Source of the DNA: an uncultured Clostridium sp.
GTDB taxonomy: Bacteria; Bacillota; Clostridia; TANB77; CAG-465
DNA: 63,877 nucleotides
Direction: 5' to 3'
Assembly: GCA_900553785.1 (NCBI GenBank)
Contig: USES01000004.1
Span: 1 to 63,877 of the forward strand
In this document: piece after piece, positions 47,984 to 56,934 of the stretch
Numbering within the stretch: position 1 is the first letter of the stretch
How the letters are laid out: each line of letters begins with the position of its first letter
Translations under genes and position numbers: made by a program
Notes under the pieces: generated by a model
What the model was told of the DNA's origin: nothing
The model's input: only the letters and a program-made list of their open reading frames with translations
Databases searched by the model: none

Positions 47984-48688
47984 ATGAAAATGACAGGTGA
48001 TGATATTAGAAAAGCATTTTTCGATGAAATTGGCTTTATAAAAGCCGGAGAGAGAATACCTGATCATTTGGTTGTAAGTGGTGACCTTGATTTAACTGAT
48101 ATGTGTATACGGTTATTGCCAAATAATCTTACTGTAGAGGGTAGTCTTTGGCTCGGAAATACTCCAATAGAGTTTTTGCCATCAGATTTAAAAGTAGGAG
48201 GTTCTATTGATTTAAGTGACTCTGATATAAAGCGCCTACCAGATAACTTTGTTGTCGAGGGCGATCTTTGGCTGAATAATACAAAGATAAAGGAATTGCC
48301 AGCTAATTTTACCGTAAAAGGTAATCTTTGGCTTACAAATACATTGGTGAAAGAACTGCCAAATAATTTGAAAGTTTGGAAAAGACTTTGGATTATTGGT
48401 ACACCAATAATTAAGTTACCGAATAATTTGACGGTAAATGGCAATCTTGATTTGAGTAATAAACCAATAGAAGTTTTACCAGATAATTTAACCGTACACG
48501 GTAATTTGGATTTAAGGGGCTCAAAAATAGAAAAAATTCCAGTTAATCTTTGTGTAGATGGAAACATTTACTTAAGCAAAAGATTAACAAAAAAGGCAAT
48601 TGAGAATATGTTCAAAAATTCTCTGGTGAACGGTGAAATTCATTTAAGTTCTGTGGATAAGGTAAAATCTGATATCTTAAACAATTGA
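47984..48688 (+). CDS. LRR-like solenoid protein 2 (about 8 repeats)
   Basis: Start moved to ATG 47984 behind GGAGGA, 2 nt after the LRR1 stop. The N-terminus DIRKAFFDEIGF parallels LRR1 VRNIFFDKAGV. Confidence 0.8.
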   Translation: MKMTGDDIRKAFFDEIGFIKAGERIPDHLVVSGDLDLTDMCIRLLPNNLTVEGSLWLGNTPIEFLPSDLKVGGSIDLSDSDIKRLPDNFVVEGDLWLNNTKIKELPANFTVKGNLWLTNTLVKELPNNLKVWKRLWIIGTPIIKLPNNLTVNGNLDLSNKPIEVLPDNLTVHGNLDLRGSKIEKIPVNLCVDGNIYLSKRLTKKAIENMFKNSLVNGEIHLSSVDKVKSDILNN

Positions 48689-48700
48689 ATTTATTAGCAG

Positions 48701-48750
48701 AAAGCATAAGAATATGTTTTAATTAACATTTTCTTATGCTTTTTGTTTTG
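48701..48750 (+). terminator. Terminator after LRR2
   Basis: AAAGCATAAGAA / TTCTTATGCTTT stem plus a T-run. Confidence 0.75.
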
Positions 48751-48758
48751 CATGTAAA

Positions 48759-48787
48759 TTGAATTAAATTTTGTGATGTGATATAAT
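48759..48787 (+). promoter_or_regulatory. Sigma-A promoter of LRR3
   Basis: TTGAAT, 17 nt, TGaTATAAT. Confidence 0.6.
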
Positions 48788-48809
48788 GGCTTAAATTTAA
48801 TAGAAATCC

Positions 48810-48825
48810 ATATTTAATTAAATAT
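48810..48825 (+). promoter_or_regulatory. Second copy of the palindrome ATATTTAATTAAATAT
   Basis: Identical 16-mer with the same TCC 5' flank, 2 nt before AGGGGGA. Confidence 0.75.
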
Positions 48826-48841
48826 TTAGGGGGAATTTAGC

Positions 48842-49090
48842 ATGAGATTATCACTTAAGAGGTTACAAGAATTGATGGCTGCAGATGATGGAAATCTTGA
48901 TTTGAAATGTACACCGCTTGATTCTTTACCGGATAATCTTACTGTAGAAGGTAATCTTGATTTAAGGTACACAGACGTCGAAACATTACCTAGTAGCCTC
49001 ATAGTGAAAGGTTGGTTAGATTTGAGACACACGAAAATTAAAGTGTTGCCGGATAATGTTGTAGTCCTTGGAAAAGTTTATTTTAATTAA
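48842..49090 (+). CDS. LRR-like solenoid protein 3 (short, 3 repeats)
   Basis: Same 20-residue repeat (LPDNLTVEGNLDLRYTDVET...). Confidence 0.7.
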   Translation: MRLSLKRLQELMAADDGNLDLKCTPLDSLPDNLTVEGNLDLRYTDVETLPSSLIVKGWLDLRHTKIKVLPDNVVVLGKVYFN

Positions 49091-49123
49091 AATAAAAAAG
49101 TATTAAGTGATTGTAGTTGAAGT

Positions 49124-49165
49124 AAAAAAATCATAAGGGATAATAAAAGTCCCTTATGATTTTTT
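49124..49165 (+). terminator. Terminator after LRR3
   Basis: ATCATAAGGGA / TCCCTTATGAT 11-bp stem and a T-run. Confidence 0.85.
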
Positions 49166-49200
49166 ACATTAGTATTTTCACAGTGCAAAGTACATTTAAA

Positions 49201-49229
49201 TTGACATAACATTGATGCTGCGATATAAT
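49201..49229 (+). promoter_or_regulatory. Consensus sigma-A promoter
   Basis: TTGACA, 17 nt, TATAAT. Confidence 0.65.
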
Positions 49230-49254
49230 TGAAAAGTCAAAAATAAAGTTCATT

Positions 49255-49264
49255 TTTAATTAAA
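49255..49264 (+). promoter_or_regulatory. TTTAATTAAA palindrome core in the leader of the 49284 ORF
   Basis: Same core and same distance from the -10 as in the LRR leaders. The flanks are imperfect. Confidence 0.55.
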
Positions 49265-49283
49265 TAATGAAGGAATCATAGCC

Positions 49284-49814
49284 ATGTTAAGAAAAATGTT
49301 GTATGTAGTAAAGAGAGGGAAAAATATGCATTTTAAAACTATCAGGTATGATAAGAATAATAACAGCAAGTTGTTCTATATTTCTATTGACCTAAATAAA
49401 CCTAGCATTGATTCTAGTGAAGCATTAGAATTTGAAAAGAAGGTAAGATTTGCATCTTTGAATGTCTCTTATAACATCCCTATAAGTCAATATGTTCGTT
49501 TAATGCGTTCAGCTTTAGAAGATATAGACTATTCAAGGCTTTCAATAGGGATTCATACGGAATTATATGCTAGTTCTAGTTTTTCGTTTGTAATTGAGTA
49601 TAATAACAATGGTGAATGGAATCTTAAAATAGAAGAAAAAATATATAATTGTGTTCTAACTTTTACGTACCAAACGCCGGGAATAATTACAACAAAGTGT
49701 GAAAAGCAAAACAAAGACTTATCCAATGATGTAATGGTTGATGCGTTTCCAAAGTATGGAAGTTTTTTTAAGAGGACAATGAAGATGTATACAAACTTTA
49801 TTGAACAGGTGTAA
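49284..49814 (+). CDS. Hypothetical protein, no recognisable family
   Basis: ORF track. Alternative start ATG 49326 behind GAGGG. Confidence 0.55.
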   Translation: MLRKMLYVVKRGKNMHFKTIRYDKNNNSKLFYISIDLNKPSIDSSEALEFEKKVRFASLNVSYNIPISQYVRLMRSALEDIDYSRLSIGIHTELYASSSFSFVIEYNNNGEWNLKIEEKIYNCVLTFTYQTPGIITTKCEKQNKDLSNDVMVDAFPKYGSFFKRTMKMYTNFIEQV

Positions 49815-49883
49815 ATAAGGGTATAGTTTTATAATTCGACTTATTTAGACAATATGTTACACAAGCAAATACAGGGCTTAGAG

Positions 49884-49912
49884 TTGACATAAACGTAAGA
49901 TTGTGCTATACT
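49884..49912 (+). promoter_or_regulatory. Sigma-A promoter
   Basis: TTGACA, 17 nt, TATACT. Confidence 0.6.
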
Positions 49913-49965
49913 ATTTTAGCACGTAAATTTATAATAACTTTAATAATTTAAAGGAGAGATTGGAA

Positions 49966-50469
49966 ATGAGACAAGTGTTTTCAAATGTTCAAAAAGATTC
50001 AAGAATAATCGTTATGTTTTCTGATAACAATTACAATGATGGTTCAAACAGTGATGTTAAGTTAGACCAAATGAATGAAGTTGTGGAAAATTTTGACCCC
50101 AAATTTATTACGTTACAAAATGCCATATACTATTTACATTATTCTCTTAACAAGAGCTTTGAAGATAAAACGCTATATGTTCGCATAGAAAGAGAAAAAT
50201 GCACATATTACGTAAAATATGAAAAAGGAGTATTAGCTAGCTTAAATGTTACAGAAGAGAAAGACGGTATTTACTTTACAATGAAATATGAGTCTAAAAG
50301 ATTAGGATGTGTAAAACCTCAAGCTGTTACTGAAGACATACGTTTTAACATGTATGGATGTAATGGTCAGATTGTTGATAACATGACATTTTTTAGAGAA
50401 TTTCAGGATAACTCTTTAAACATGTGTAAAAAGTTAAGAGCCATTGAAAAATCATATAATATTGTATAA
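49966..50469 (+). CDS. Hypothetical protein, no recognisable family
   Basis: Start moved to ATG 49966 behind AAGGAGAG. Confidence 0.6.
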   Translation: MRQVFSNVQKDSRIIVMFSDNNYNDGSNSDVKLDQMNEVVENFDPKFITLQNAIYYLHYSLNKSFEDKTLYVRIEREKCTYYVKYEKGVLASLNVTEEKDGIYFTMKYESKRLGCVKPQAVTEDIRFNMYGCNGQIVDNMTFFREFQDNSLNMCKKLRAIEKSYNIV

Positions 50470-50476
50470 ATATATA

Positions 50477-50507
50477 GGCCAAGGGATTTCCCTTGGTCTA
50501 TTTTTTT
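50477..50507 (+). terminator. Terminator hairpin between convergent genes
   Basis: GGCCAAGGGA / TCCCTTGGTC stem and a T7 run. Confidence 0.7.
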
Positions 50508-51097
50508 CGTATAGCAAATATGAAAAATGGAATAAGAATCGGAAGCAATATACTTAGTATAGTAAGTACTACGGCGAAGTTTGGCGTTTTACTTTGGTAA
50601 AGTCTATATATTAGTCCAAAAAAAGCTAATATAAAAAGAATAGAAGACAAACCACACATAAATGGCAGCATATTGGATATAATAAGAGCAGGGAGTAGAA
50701 ATTCAGGGTTAATTATCTCTATACCATATAATTTTGTTTTACCAACTGCTTTACCTATTGAGTATAAACAACCATATGGAACAAATGATAGCCATGCCAA
50801 GTTACAGCCGTCTTTTTTAAGAATTTTATATAGTCCTATGGATTTAAATATATACATTATTATTAAGAAAACCAAAGCTATTATTAAAGTAATTCCTATG
50901 GTAGTGATAGCTTCTTGAATGTTTTCCCAGTTGATATTTTTTAGTGTTTCAGTATCTGGAATATTTAATATGTCTGCAATTTTAGTAAGAATTTTTGTTA
51001 CTATATTATTTAAGCTTAAGGAGACTTTACTTGATGTGTTATTTTTAGTTATACCTTGAACAATATCTTCAATATATGGCGATATTACATTTTGCAT
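50498..51097 (-). CDS. Membrane protein, DUF5684-like
   Basis: Four TM helices. The GLYKILKKDGCNLAWLSFVPYG segment resembles DUF5684 (from memory). Confidence 0.6.
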   Translation of the reverse strand: MQNVISPYIEDIVQGITKNNTSSKVSLSLNNIVTKILTKIADILNIPDTETLKNINWENIQEAITTIGITLIIALVFLIIMYIFKSIGLYKILKKDGCNLAWLSFVPYGCLYSIGKAVGKTKLYGIEIINPEFLLPALIISNMLPFMCGLSSILFILAFFGLIYRLYQSKTPNFAVVLTILSILLPILIPFFIFAIRKK

Positions 51098-51221
51098 TAA
51101 TTTAACCTTCTTTCTTTTATATAAAAGTATTGTGTGTAAAATATATAAACTTATTCAATTGTATTTGCAAAAGTAAATCCACTGTAGTATTATATATGTG
51201 TTCTCTAAAACGGAGGGAAGT

Positions 51222-51779
51222 ATGCCAAAAACAAATGTAGAGAGAGAAAAAAGAAGTAAAGAAATTATTAAATACTTGAAAACGAATCCGCTTGTAACAG
51301 ACAAAAAATTAAGCGAAGAATTTGGAGTAAGTATAAATACAATTAGGTTAGATAGGGCAAGGCTAGGTATAAAAGAGTTTAAAGAACGTCTCATAGATAA
51401 AGCAAGTAAAGCCTGCATAACGGCAATAACTAAATCAGATATAATGGGAGAGGTTATTGAGTTCGAATCTGGTCAAAGAGCGGTATCTATGTTAAAAACA
51501 AAGCCATATATGGTCTTTGAAAATAGTGGTGTTGTTCAGGGACAATATATATATGCTTTAGCTGAAACACTTGCAATATCCTTAATACCGATGAAAGCAG
51601 CCTTAGTAGGTGTAGCAAACATAAAATATTTTAGTAAAATAATGGTAGAACAAGTGGTATATGCATATGCTGAGGTAAAGAAAAAAATAGATAAAGGTTT
51701 TGTGGTTTGGGTTAGAATATTGGATGAGCAAGATGAATTAAAGTTTAAAGGAAAGTTCATATTGAAAGGAATAGAGTAA
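51222..51779 (+). CDS. fapR: Fatty acid/phospholipid synthesis regulator FapR
   Basis: N-terminal HTH (TDKKLSEEFGVSINTIRLDRARLGI) plus a hot-dog fold C-terminus. Start moved to ATG 51222 behind GGAGGGA. Confidence 0.9.
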   Translation: MPKTNVEREKRSKEIIKYLKTNPLVTDKKLSEEFGVSINTIRLDRARLGIKEFKERLIDKASKACITAITKSDIMGEVIEFESGQRAVSMLKTKPYMVFENSGVVQGQYIYALAETLAISLIPMKAALVGVANIKYFSKIMVEQVVYAYAEVKKKIDKGFVVWVRILDEQDELKFKGKFILKGIE

Positions 51780-52789
51780 TGGAAGTGTTAATAGATGTAA
51801 ATGGCAGTGATAACGGAATAGACGAAGCAATCTGTGCTGTTGTTACAATGCAAAGTAAAGTTAAATCAAAGCTTACGTTGGTAGGTGATGAGGAAAGAAT
51901 AATAAGTTATATAAAAGAAGAATATTTAGATAAGTCTAAAGATATAATTAAAAATATAAATATATTAGATGCAAAAGATGTCATAACTAATTTTGATGAT
52001 CCAGCATTTGCTATAAAGAATAAAAAGGAATCTAGTATAGTTAAGGCTTATGACTATATGAAAGATAAGGAAGATACCGTATTTGTTTCAGCTGGTAGTA
52101 CAGGAGCAGTTATGGCAGGAGGACTTTTAAAGTTAAGAAGAATAAATGGTGTTAGACGTCCTGCACTTGTGAGTGTGTTACCAACTGTAACTGGTGATGG
52201 TGTAGTAATGTTAGATTGTGGTGCTAATGTTACAGCTGGGGAAGAATCCATGTTGCAATTTGCAAAAATGGGTATAATATATGCAAAAGAAATGCTAAAA
52301 AAAGATAAAATTAAAGTTGGATTATTAAATATTGGAACAGAAAATAAAAAGGGATCACCAGATTTAAAAGAAGCCTATGAAACGCTAGAACAAGAACTTC
52401 CAGAATTTGTTGGTAATGTAGAAGCAAGAGAAATATTATCTGGAGACTTTGATGTTGTTGTTGCAAATGGACTAATGGGAAATGTAGCTCTAAAAGCAAT
52501 AGAAGGAACTGCTAAAATTTTGAAGAATGCATTGGCATGTGAATTTAAAAAGAGTGTTATAAACAAAATTAAAGCTGCAAGTTCCATTGGAATAATAAAA
52601 AAAGCACTTCTTAAATATGATTATACAAAGTATGGTGGTGCTGTACTTTTAGGTGTAAAAAAACCAGTAATTAAAATTCACGGAAATGCAAAACAAAACA
52701 ATTATGAACTTGCTATATTGCAGGCAGAAACTATATTAAAAAAGAAAATTATTGAAAAAGTAAAATGTGCTATTGAAAATAATGGTTAA
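51779..52789 (+). CDS. plsX: Phosphate acyltransferase PlsX
   Basis: GSTGAVMAGG and GNVALK motifs. Start overlaps the fapR stop. Confidence 0.9.
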   Translation: MEVLIDVNGSDNGIDEAICAVVTMQSKVKSKLTLVGDEERIISYIKEEYLDKSKDIIKNINILDAKDVITNFDDPAFAIKNKKESSIVKAYDYMKDKEDTVFVSAGSTGAVMAGGLLKLRRINGVRRPALVSVLPTVTGDGVVMLDCGANVTAGEESMLQFAKMGIIYAKEMLKKDKIKVGLLNIGTENKKGSPDLKEAYETLEQELPEFVGNVEAREILSGDFDVVVANGLMGNVALKAIEGTAKILKNALACEFKKSVINKIKAASSIGIIKKALLKYDYTKYGGAVLLGVKKPVIKIHGNAKQNNYELAILQAETILKKKIIEKVKCAIENNG

Positions 52790-52822
52790 TTATTGTTACT
52801 TAAAAAAGTTTTAAATAAGGTG

Positions 52823-52848
52823 AAAGGCTGGCTATACCGGCCTTTTTT
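52823..52848 (+). terminator. Terminator after plsX
   Basis: AAAGGCTGG / CCGGCCTTT stem plus a T-run. Confidence 0.65.
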
Positions 52849-52952
52849 ATATATTTCAAAAAGAAAAGTGAATAATATAACTAAAAACTATTGACAAAGC
52901 ATATAAAATAATAGATAATACAAATAGTTACAAACACTTGGAGGTGAATAAG

Positions 52953-53189
52953 GTGGAAGAAGTTTTTGAAAAAGTAAAAGAAGTAATAGTTGATCAATTG
53001 GGAATTGAAGATGATGAAAAAATCACAATGGAAACCACATTTATAGATGATTTGGGAGCAGATTCACTTGACGTTGTTGAGTTGATAATTGCTTTAGAAG
53101 AGGAATTTGGTATTGAAATACCAGAAACAGAGGCTGAGAAGGTAGTTACAGTAGGAGATGTTGTAGATTATATCAATTCTGTTCAATAA
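52953..53189 (+). CDS. acpP: Acyl carrier protein
   Basis: DLGADSLD phosphopantetheine site. GTG 52953 behind GGAGGTG. Confidence 0.93.
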   Translation: MEEVFEKVKEVIVDQLGIEDDEKITMETTFIDDLGADSLDVVELIIALEEEFGIEIPETEAEKVVTVGDVVDYINSVQ

Positions 53190-53200
53190 TTAAAGATTGT

Positions 53201-53227
53201 AAAATAACGGCTTTGCCGTTATTTTTT
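53201..53227 (+). terminator. Terminator/attenuator after acpP
   Basis: ATAACGGC / GCCGTTAT stem and a T-run. Confidence 0.75.
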
Positions 53228-53287
53228 AATATATGTACCATTGATTATTTACATAAAAAATGTTAAAATATATGTGTTGGTGATATT

Positions 53288-53977
53288 ATGATAGATATAA
53301 AAAGTATAGAAGAGAAAATTGGTTACAATTTCAACAATAAAAAGTATTTAATATCTGCATTAACTCATAAATCATATGCTCATGATAAAAAAATGAAGGA
53401 TTTGGATTCATATAATGAGAGATTAGAGTTTTTAGGAGATGCAGTTTTAGAACATGCTATATCTATATATTTATTTAATTTAACTCCAAAGCTTACAGAA
53501 GGAGAAATGAGTAGGAAGAGATCTGAAATTGTTTGTGAGGATTCTTTATGTAGAGCTGTAAAAAAAGTAGGATTAGATAAGTATATATGTTTGGGAAATT
53601 GTGAGCTTGCAATAGGTGGCAAAAAGAATGCTGCAATACTTGCAGATATGACAGAAGCTATATTTGCGGCAGTATATTTGGATAGTGATTTTGAACATGC
53701 AAATAGCGTCATTATGAAAGTGCTAAAAGAAAATATATGTGAAGTAATGGCAAGTAATTCATTAGCTCACGATTATAAAACTAGATTACAAGAAATATTA
53801 CAAAAAAATGGAACAGTTAAAATTGAGTACATTATAGATAAGGAAGATGGAGATCCAAGAAATAAGGTATTTTATTCTTCTGTGTATCTTGATGGTAAAA
53901 AGTTGGGTGAAGGTAATGGAAGAACAAAAAAAGCTGCAGAACAAGAAGCAGCAAAACAAGCCATTGAAAGAATGTGA
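53288..53977 (+). CDS. rnc: Ribonuclease III
   Basis: ERLEFLGDAVLE signature and a C-terminal dsRBD (KKAAEQEAAKQA). Confidence 0.95.
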   Translation: MIDIKSIEEKIGYNFNNKKYLISALTHKSYAHDKKMKDLDSYNERLEFLGDAVLEHAISIYLFNLTPKLTEGEMSRKRSEIVCEDSLCRAVKKVGLDKYICLGNCELAIGGKKNAAILADMTEAIFAAVYLDSDFEHANSVIMKVLKENICEVMASNSLAHDYKTRLQEILQKNGTVKIEYIIDKEDGDPRNKVFYSSVYLDGKKLGEGNGRTKKAAEQEAAKQAIERM

Positions 53978-54002
53978 TATTAAAATAGATTTGACTCACA
54001 AA

Positions 54003-55001
54003 ATGGGGTTGGATATTCCAAAAGAAAATAAATATATTATACCAATATTTATCCCTCATAGAGGTTGTAAAAATGATTGTGTGTTTTGCAACCAAAAAAA
54101 AATTAGCGGTGAAATGCGCACTGTTACACCTGATGATGTTGAACAAGAAATAATAATGTGGTTAAGAAACTTTAGGGATAAAACACGTCCTGTGCAAGTT
54201 GCTTTCTTCGGGGGAAGCTTTACTGGATTGAGATTTAGCGAACAGGAAGAATTCTTAAAAGTTGCATATAAATTTATACAGAATAAAAAGATAGATAGTA
54301 TAAAACTTTCTACACGACCAGATTATATAAATGATGAGATTTTGACCTTACTTAAAAAATATAATGTTACGTGTATTGAATTAGGGGTGCAATCAATGGC
54401 AGATGATGTGCTTGATTCATCTAAAAGAGGACATACAGCAAATAGTGTAGTAGTAGCGTCAAAGCTAATTAAAAAATATGGCTTTTCATTGGGACATCAA
54501 GTAATGATAGGGCTTCCAAATAGTACAGAGGATAAAGAGGTATACACAATTAAAGAATGTTTAAAATTAAAGCCAGACGTAATTAGAATATATCCGGTGT
54601 ACGTATTAAAAGATAGTAAGCTTTATGATATGACAATTAGTGGTGAGTATATACCATTAACTTTAGATGAAGCTGTGGAAAGAACGAAAAAAGTGTATAA
54701 TGAGTGTGTTAAAAATAGCGTAAATGTTATACGTATAGGACTTCAAACTACAGAAGAAATAAATGAAGTTAATACAAATATATTAGGACCAGTTTGTGAT
54801 AATTACAAAGAAAAAGTTTTGGCTAGTATTGCAAGGGATGAAATTGTTAAAAAACTTTCTAAAATTAAAAAATATAATAAAGTGAACTTAGTCGTTCCAG
54901 ATAAAACCAAAAATTTTGTTATAGGGAATAGAAGAGAAAACATTTTATACTTAGAACAAAAAACAGATACAAAACTTTTGGTAAAAAGTAGTAAAATATA
55001 A
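54003..55001 (+). CDS. Radical SAM protein (ELP3/MiaB-like family commonly found after rnc)
   Basis: IFIPHRGCKNDCVFCNQ CxxxCxxC. Start uncertain (ATG 54003 preferred; in-frame ATG 53916 would overlap rnc). Confidence 0.8.
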   Translation: MGLDIPKENKYIIPIFIPHRGCKNDCVFCNQKKISGEMRTVTPDDVEQEIIMWLRNFRDKTRPVQVAFFGGSFTGLRFSEQEEFLKVAYKFIQNKKIDSIKLSTRPDYINDEILTLLKKYNVTCIELGVQSMADDVLDSSKRGHTANSVVVASKLIKKYGFSLGHQVMIGLPNSTEDKEVYTIKECLKLKPDVIRIYPVYVLKDSKLYDMTISGEYIPLTLDEAVERTKKVYNECVKNSVNVIRIGLQTTEEINEVNTNILGPVCDNYKEKVLASIARDEIVKKLSKIKKYNKVNLVVPDKTKNFVIGNRRENILYLEQKTDTKLLVKSSKI

Positions 55002-55049
55002 TATAAGGACTAATACAAGACCATACTAAATAGAGAGTGTGGTCTTTTT

Positions 55050-55913
55050 ATGGAAAAAGTATATAAAAATGTAATTAAAAATTTAGTATATATGGTAATA
55101 GGGACACTAATATCTGCATTAGCGTTAAATATATTTTTGTCACCTGCTAAAATTTCTACAGGTGGGGCAAGTGGAATAGGAGTTGTTTTATTTAACTTGT
55201 ATAAAATACCAGTTAGCGTGACAGTGCTTGCTTTAAACATTCCTCTTTTCATTATCGCTTTAAAAAGTATAGGATTCAAATTTAGTATCAATGCTATTGT
55301 TGGAACAGTGTTGTTGTCTTTAATGATACAGCTAACAACTCCTTTATCTAACATAGGGTGGTTAAATTTTTCGGATGATTTATTTTTATCTAGCATGTTT
55401 GGTGGAATTTTAATGGGTCTTGGTTTGGCGCTTGTATTTAAAGGCGAGGGAAGTACTGGTGGAAGTGATTTGCTGGCACAAATAATATACAAGAAACGTT
55501 CAACGGCCAGTATAGGACAATTATTGTTGTTAATTGATGTTGGAGTAGTAATTCTTACTATGGTTGCTTTTAAAAGTGTGTTGTATGGTCTTTATTCTGT
55601 CATAGCATTATATATTGCCAATAAAGTTATAGATGTAGTTTTTGAAGGTATAAATAGTTCTAAGTCAATAAATATAATAACTAAGAAAGATAAAGAAATA
55701 GCTGATGAGATTATTAAGAGATTAGATAGAGGTGTAACTACTAATGTTTGTACTGGAAGATATACAAATAGTCAGTATGTACATATAGTAACAATAGTCG
55801 AAAATTCTCAAGTACAAACTGTAAAGAGTATTGTTAAGTCGATTGATTCAAAAGCTTTTATGTATATAATGCCTTCTCAAGAAATATTCGGAACTGGTTT
55901 TAAAAAATATTAG
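55050..55913 (+). CDS. YitT-family membrane protein with a DUF2179 C-terminal domain
   Basis: TGGASGIG / STGGSD motifs and a soluble C-terminal domain. Confidence 0.85.
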   Translation: MEKVYKNVIKNLVYMVIGTLISALALNIFLSPAKISTGGASGIGVVLFNLYKIPVSVTVLALNIPLFIIALKSIGFKFSINAIVGTVLLSLMIQLTTPLSNIGWLNFSDDLFLSSMFGGILMGLGLALVFKGEGSTGGSDLLAQIIYKKRSTASIGQLLLLIDVGVVILTMVAFKSVLYGLYSVIALYIANKVIDVVFEGINSSKSINIITKKDKEIADEIIKRLDRGVTTNVCTGRYTNSQYVHIVTIVENSQVQTVKSIVKSIDSKAFMYIMPSQEIFGTGFKKY

Positions 55914-55943
55914 TTAATAATTGTATAATTGTCCTAAATATTA

Positions 55944-55972
55944 TTGACTTTAAAAAAATTATATAATAAAAT
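55944..55972 (+). promoter_or_regulatory. Sigma-A promoter of pilin-like paralog 3
   Basis: TTGACT, 17 nt, TAAAAT. Confidence 0.55.
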
Positions 55973-55991
55973 CCATGATGGAGGTATAATT

Positions 55992-56834
55992 ATGAAAAAG
56001 AGAGGCGTATCATTAATTGTTTTAGTAGTTACAATAATAGTACTAGCAATATTAGCAGGTGTTGTTGTAGCAAATTTAAATGATGATAAAATAATAGATA
56101 GAGCGGAAAATACAAGAGATAACAGTAATTTAAAAACTGCTGAAGATGCATTAAGTGTTGCATATACTGATTGGTCAATAAAACACCCGTTAGATGAATT
56201 AACTAGCATTAGTCAATTAGATTTTGATACGAGTATTGTACCAGAAAAATATGAAGCGGTAATTGTTGATGGAGAACCAATAATAGATATTAAGACTATT
56301 ACTGTAACTGCTGGTGATACAACTAAAGACAATTTGACATATATAAAAAGTATTTTAGAAGAAGGTTATAAATTAGGATACGAAGTACCTGAAGCTTTAA
56401 GCTCTAATTGGGTTTATACAACTGATGGGACAATTACTGCTTACAAAGGTGAAGATAAAGTAGTTATAATACCTACAGTGATAAATGGCGTTAATATTAA
56501 AAAAATAGGAGAAGATTTTGCTAAAAATAGTTTGACAACCTCAGGGACGTCGTTTATGAATTTAATTGTTTTAAATAATATAAAAGAGATACAGGCTAAA
56601 GCATTTATGAATAATAATGGAAAAATATATGTATCAAATACCGTCAAAAAAATAGCTGCTGATGCTTTATATAGTGGCAATCTAGTTTCTGGAAATACTG
56701 TGTATCTTGGATTTGTTGACTCATCAAAGTTAGGGATAACATTAAATAATAACAAAAACTTTGAAGGAAATGATTTGGATACATTTACTTGGAATGTTAA
56801 GTTGCTTGATGTTATAGATAGTTTTTATAATTAA
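55992..56834 (+). CDS. Pilin-like N-terminal anchor protein, paralog 3, with BspA-type LRR-like C-terminus
   Basis: Start ATG 55992 behind GGAGGT. MKKRG-VSLIVLVVTIIVLAILAG. The C-terminal VIIPTVINGVNIKKIGEDFA...IKEIQAKAF resembles LRR_5 repeats. Confidence 0.8.
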   Translation: MKKRGVSLIVLVVTIIVLAILAGVVVANLNDDKIIDRAENTRDNSNLKTAEDALSVAYTDWSIKHPLDELTSISQLDFDTSIVPEKYEAVIVDGEPIIDIKTITVTAGDTTKDNLTYIKSILEEGYKLGYEVPEALSSNWVYTTDGTITAYKGEDKVVIIPTVINGVNIKKIGEDFAKNSLTTSGTSFMNLIVLNNIKEIQAKAFMNNNGKIYVSNTVKKIAADALYSGNLVSGNTVYLGFVDSSKLGITLNNNKNFEGNDLDTFTWNVKLLDVIDSFYN

Positions 56835-56836
56835 AT

Positions 56837-56871
56837 AAAAGACATATCTTCAATAGAAGGTATGTCTTTTT
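56837..56871 (+). terminator. Terminator
   Basis: AAAGACATA-CTTC / GAAGG-TATGTCTTT stem and a T-run. Confidence 0.75.
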
Positions 56872-56934
56872 AGGCTTCTGTTTTCCTTGAGTATTACATA
56901 AAAATGTGGTAAAATATATTCTGGAGTTGATTAA

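Larger units (their letters stand above)
47205..49087 (+). repeat. 60-nt-period coding repeats spread over the three LRR ORFs
   Basis: The CCAGATAATTT-type motif recurs at multiples of 60 nt within LRR1 (e.g. 47388, 47568, 47628, 47808); related copies occur in LRR2 and LRR3 (48238, 48478). Confidence 0.8.

Noticed and set aside
47108-49032. Antisense ORFs 47108..47431, 48064..48567 and 48826..49032
   Set aside because: They mirror the 60-nt coding periodicity of the LRR genes on the opposite strand and have no SD. Open antisense frames are expected for this repeat composition.
47205-49087. Regular 60-nt repeats that could be mistaken for a CRISPR array
   Set aside because: The repeats are contiguous with no spacers, are in frame, and encode a coherent 20-residue motif. 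No cas genes are present.
49078-49095. 18-bp palindrome TTATTTTAATTAAAATAA at the LRR3 stop codon
   Set aside because: It shares the TTAATTAA core but has different half-site spacing and is not in a leader. It is AT-only and plausibly chance, so it was not counted with the leader palindromes.
51114-51127. 14-bp palindrome CTTTTATATAAAAG upstream of the SD of the minus-strand membrane gene
   Set aside because: It abuts the SD like the others, but it is TATA-centred and no -10 lies at the 22-25 nt distance. It was left out of the shared-leader class.
53847-54002. Long 5' extension of the radical SAM ORF overlapping rnc by about 130 nt
   Set aside because: Homologues of this family start close to the IPIF-x-PHRGC motif. 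ATG 54003 is the parsimonious start, and the upstream part is an open frame within rnc.
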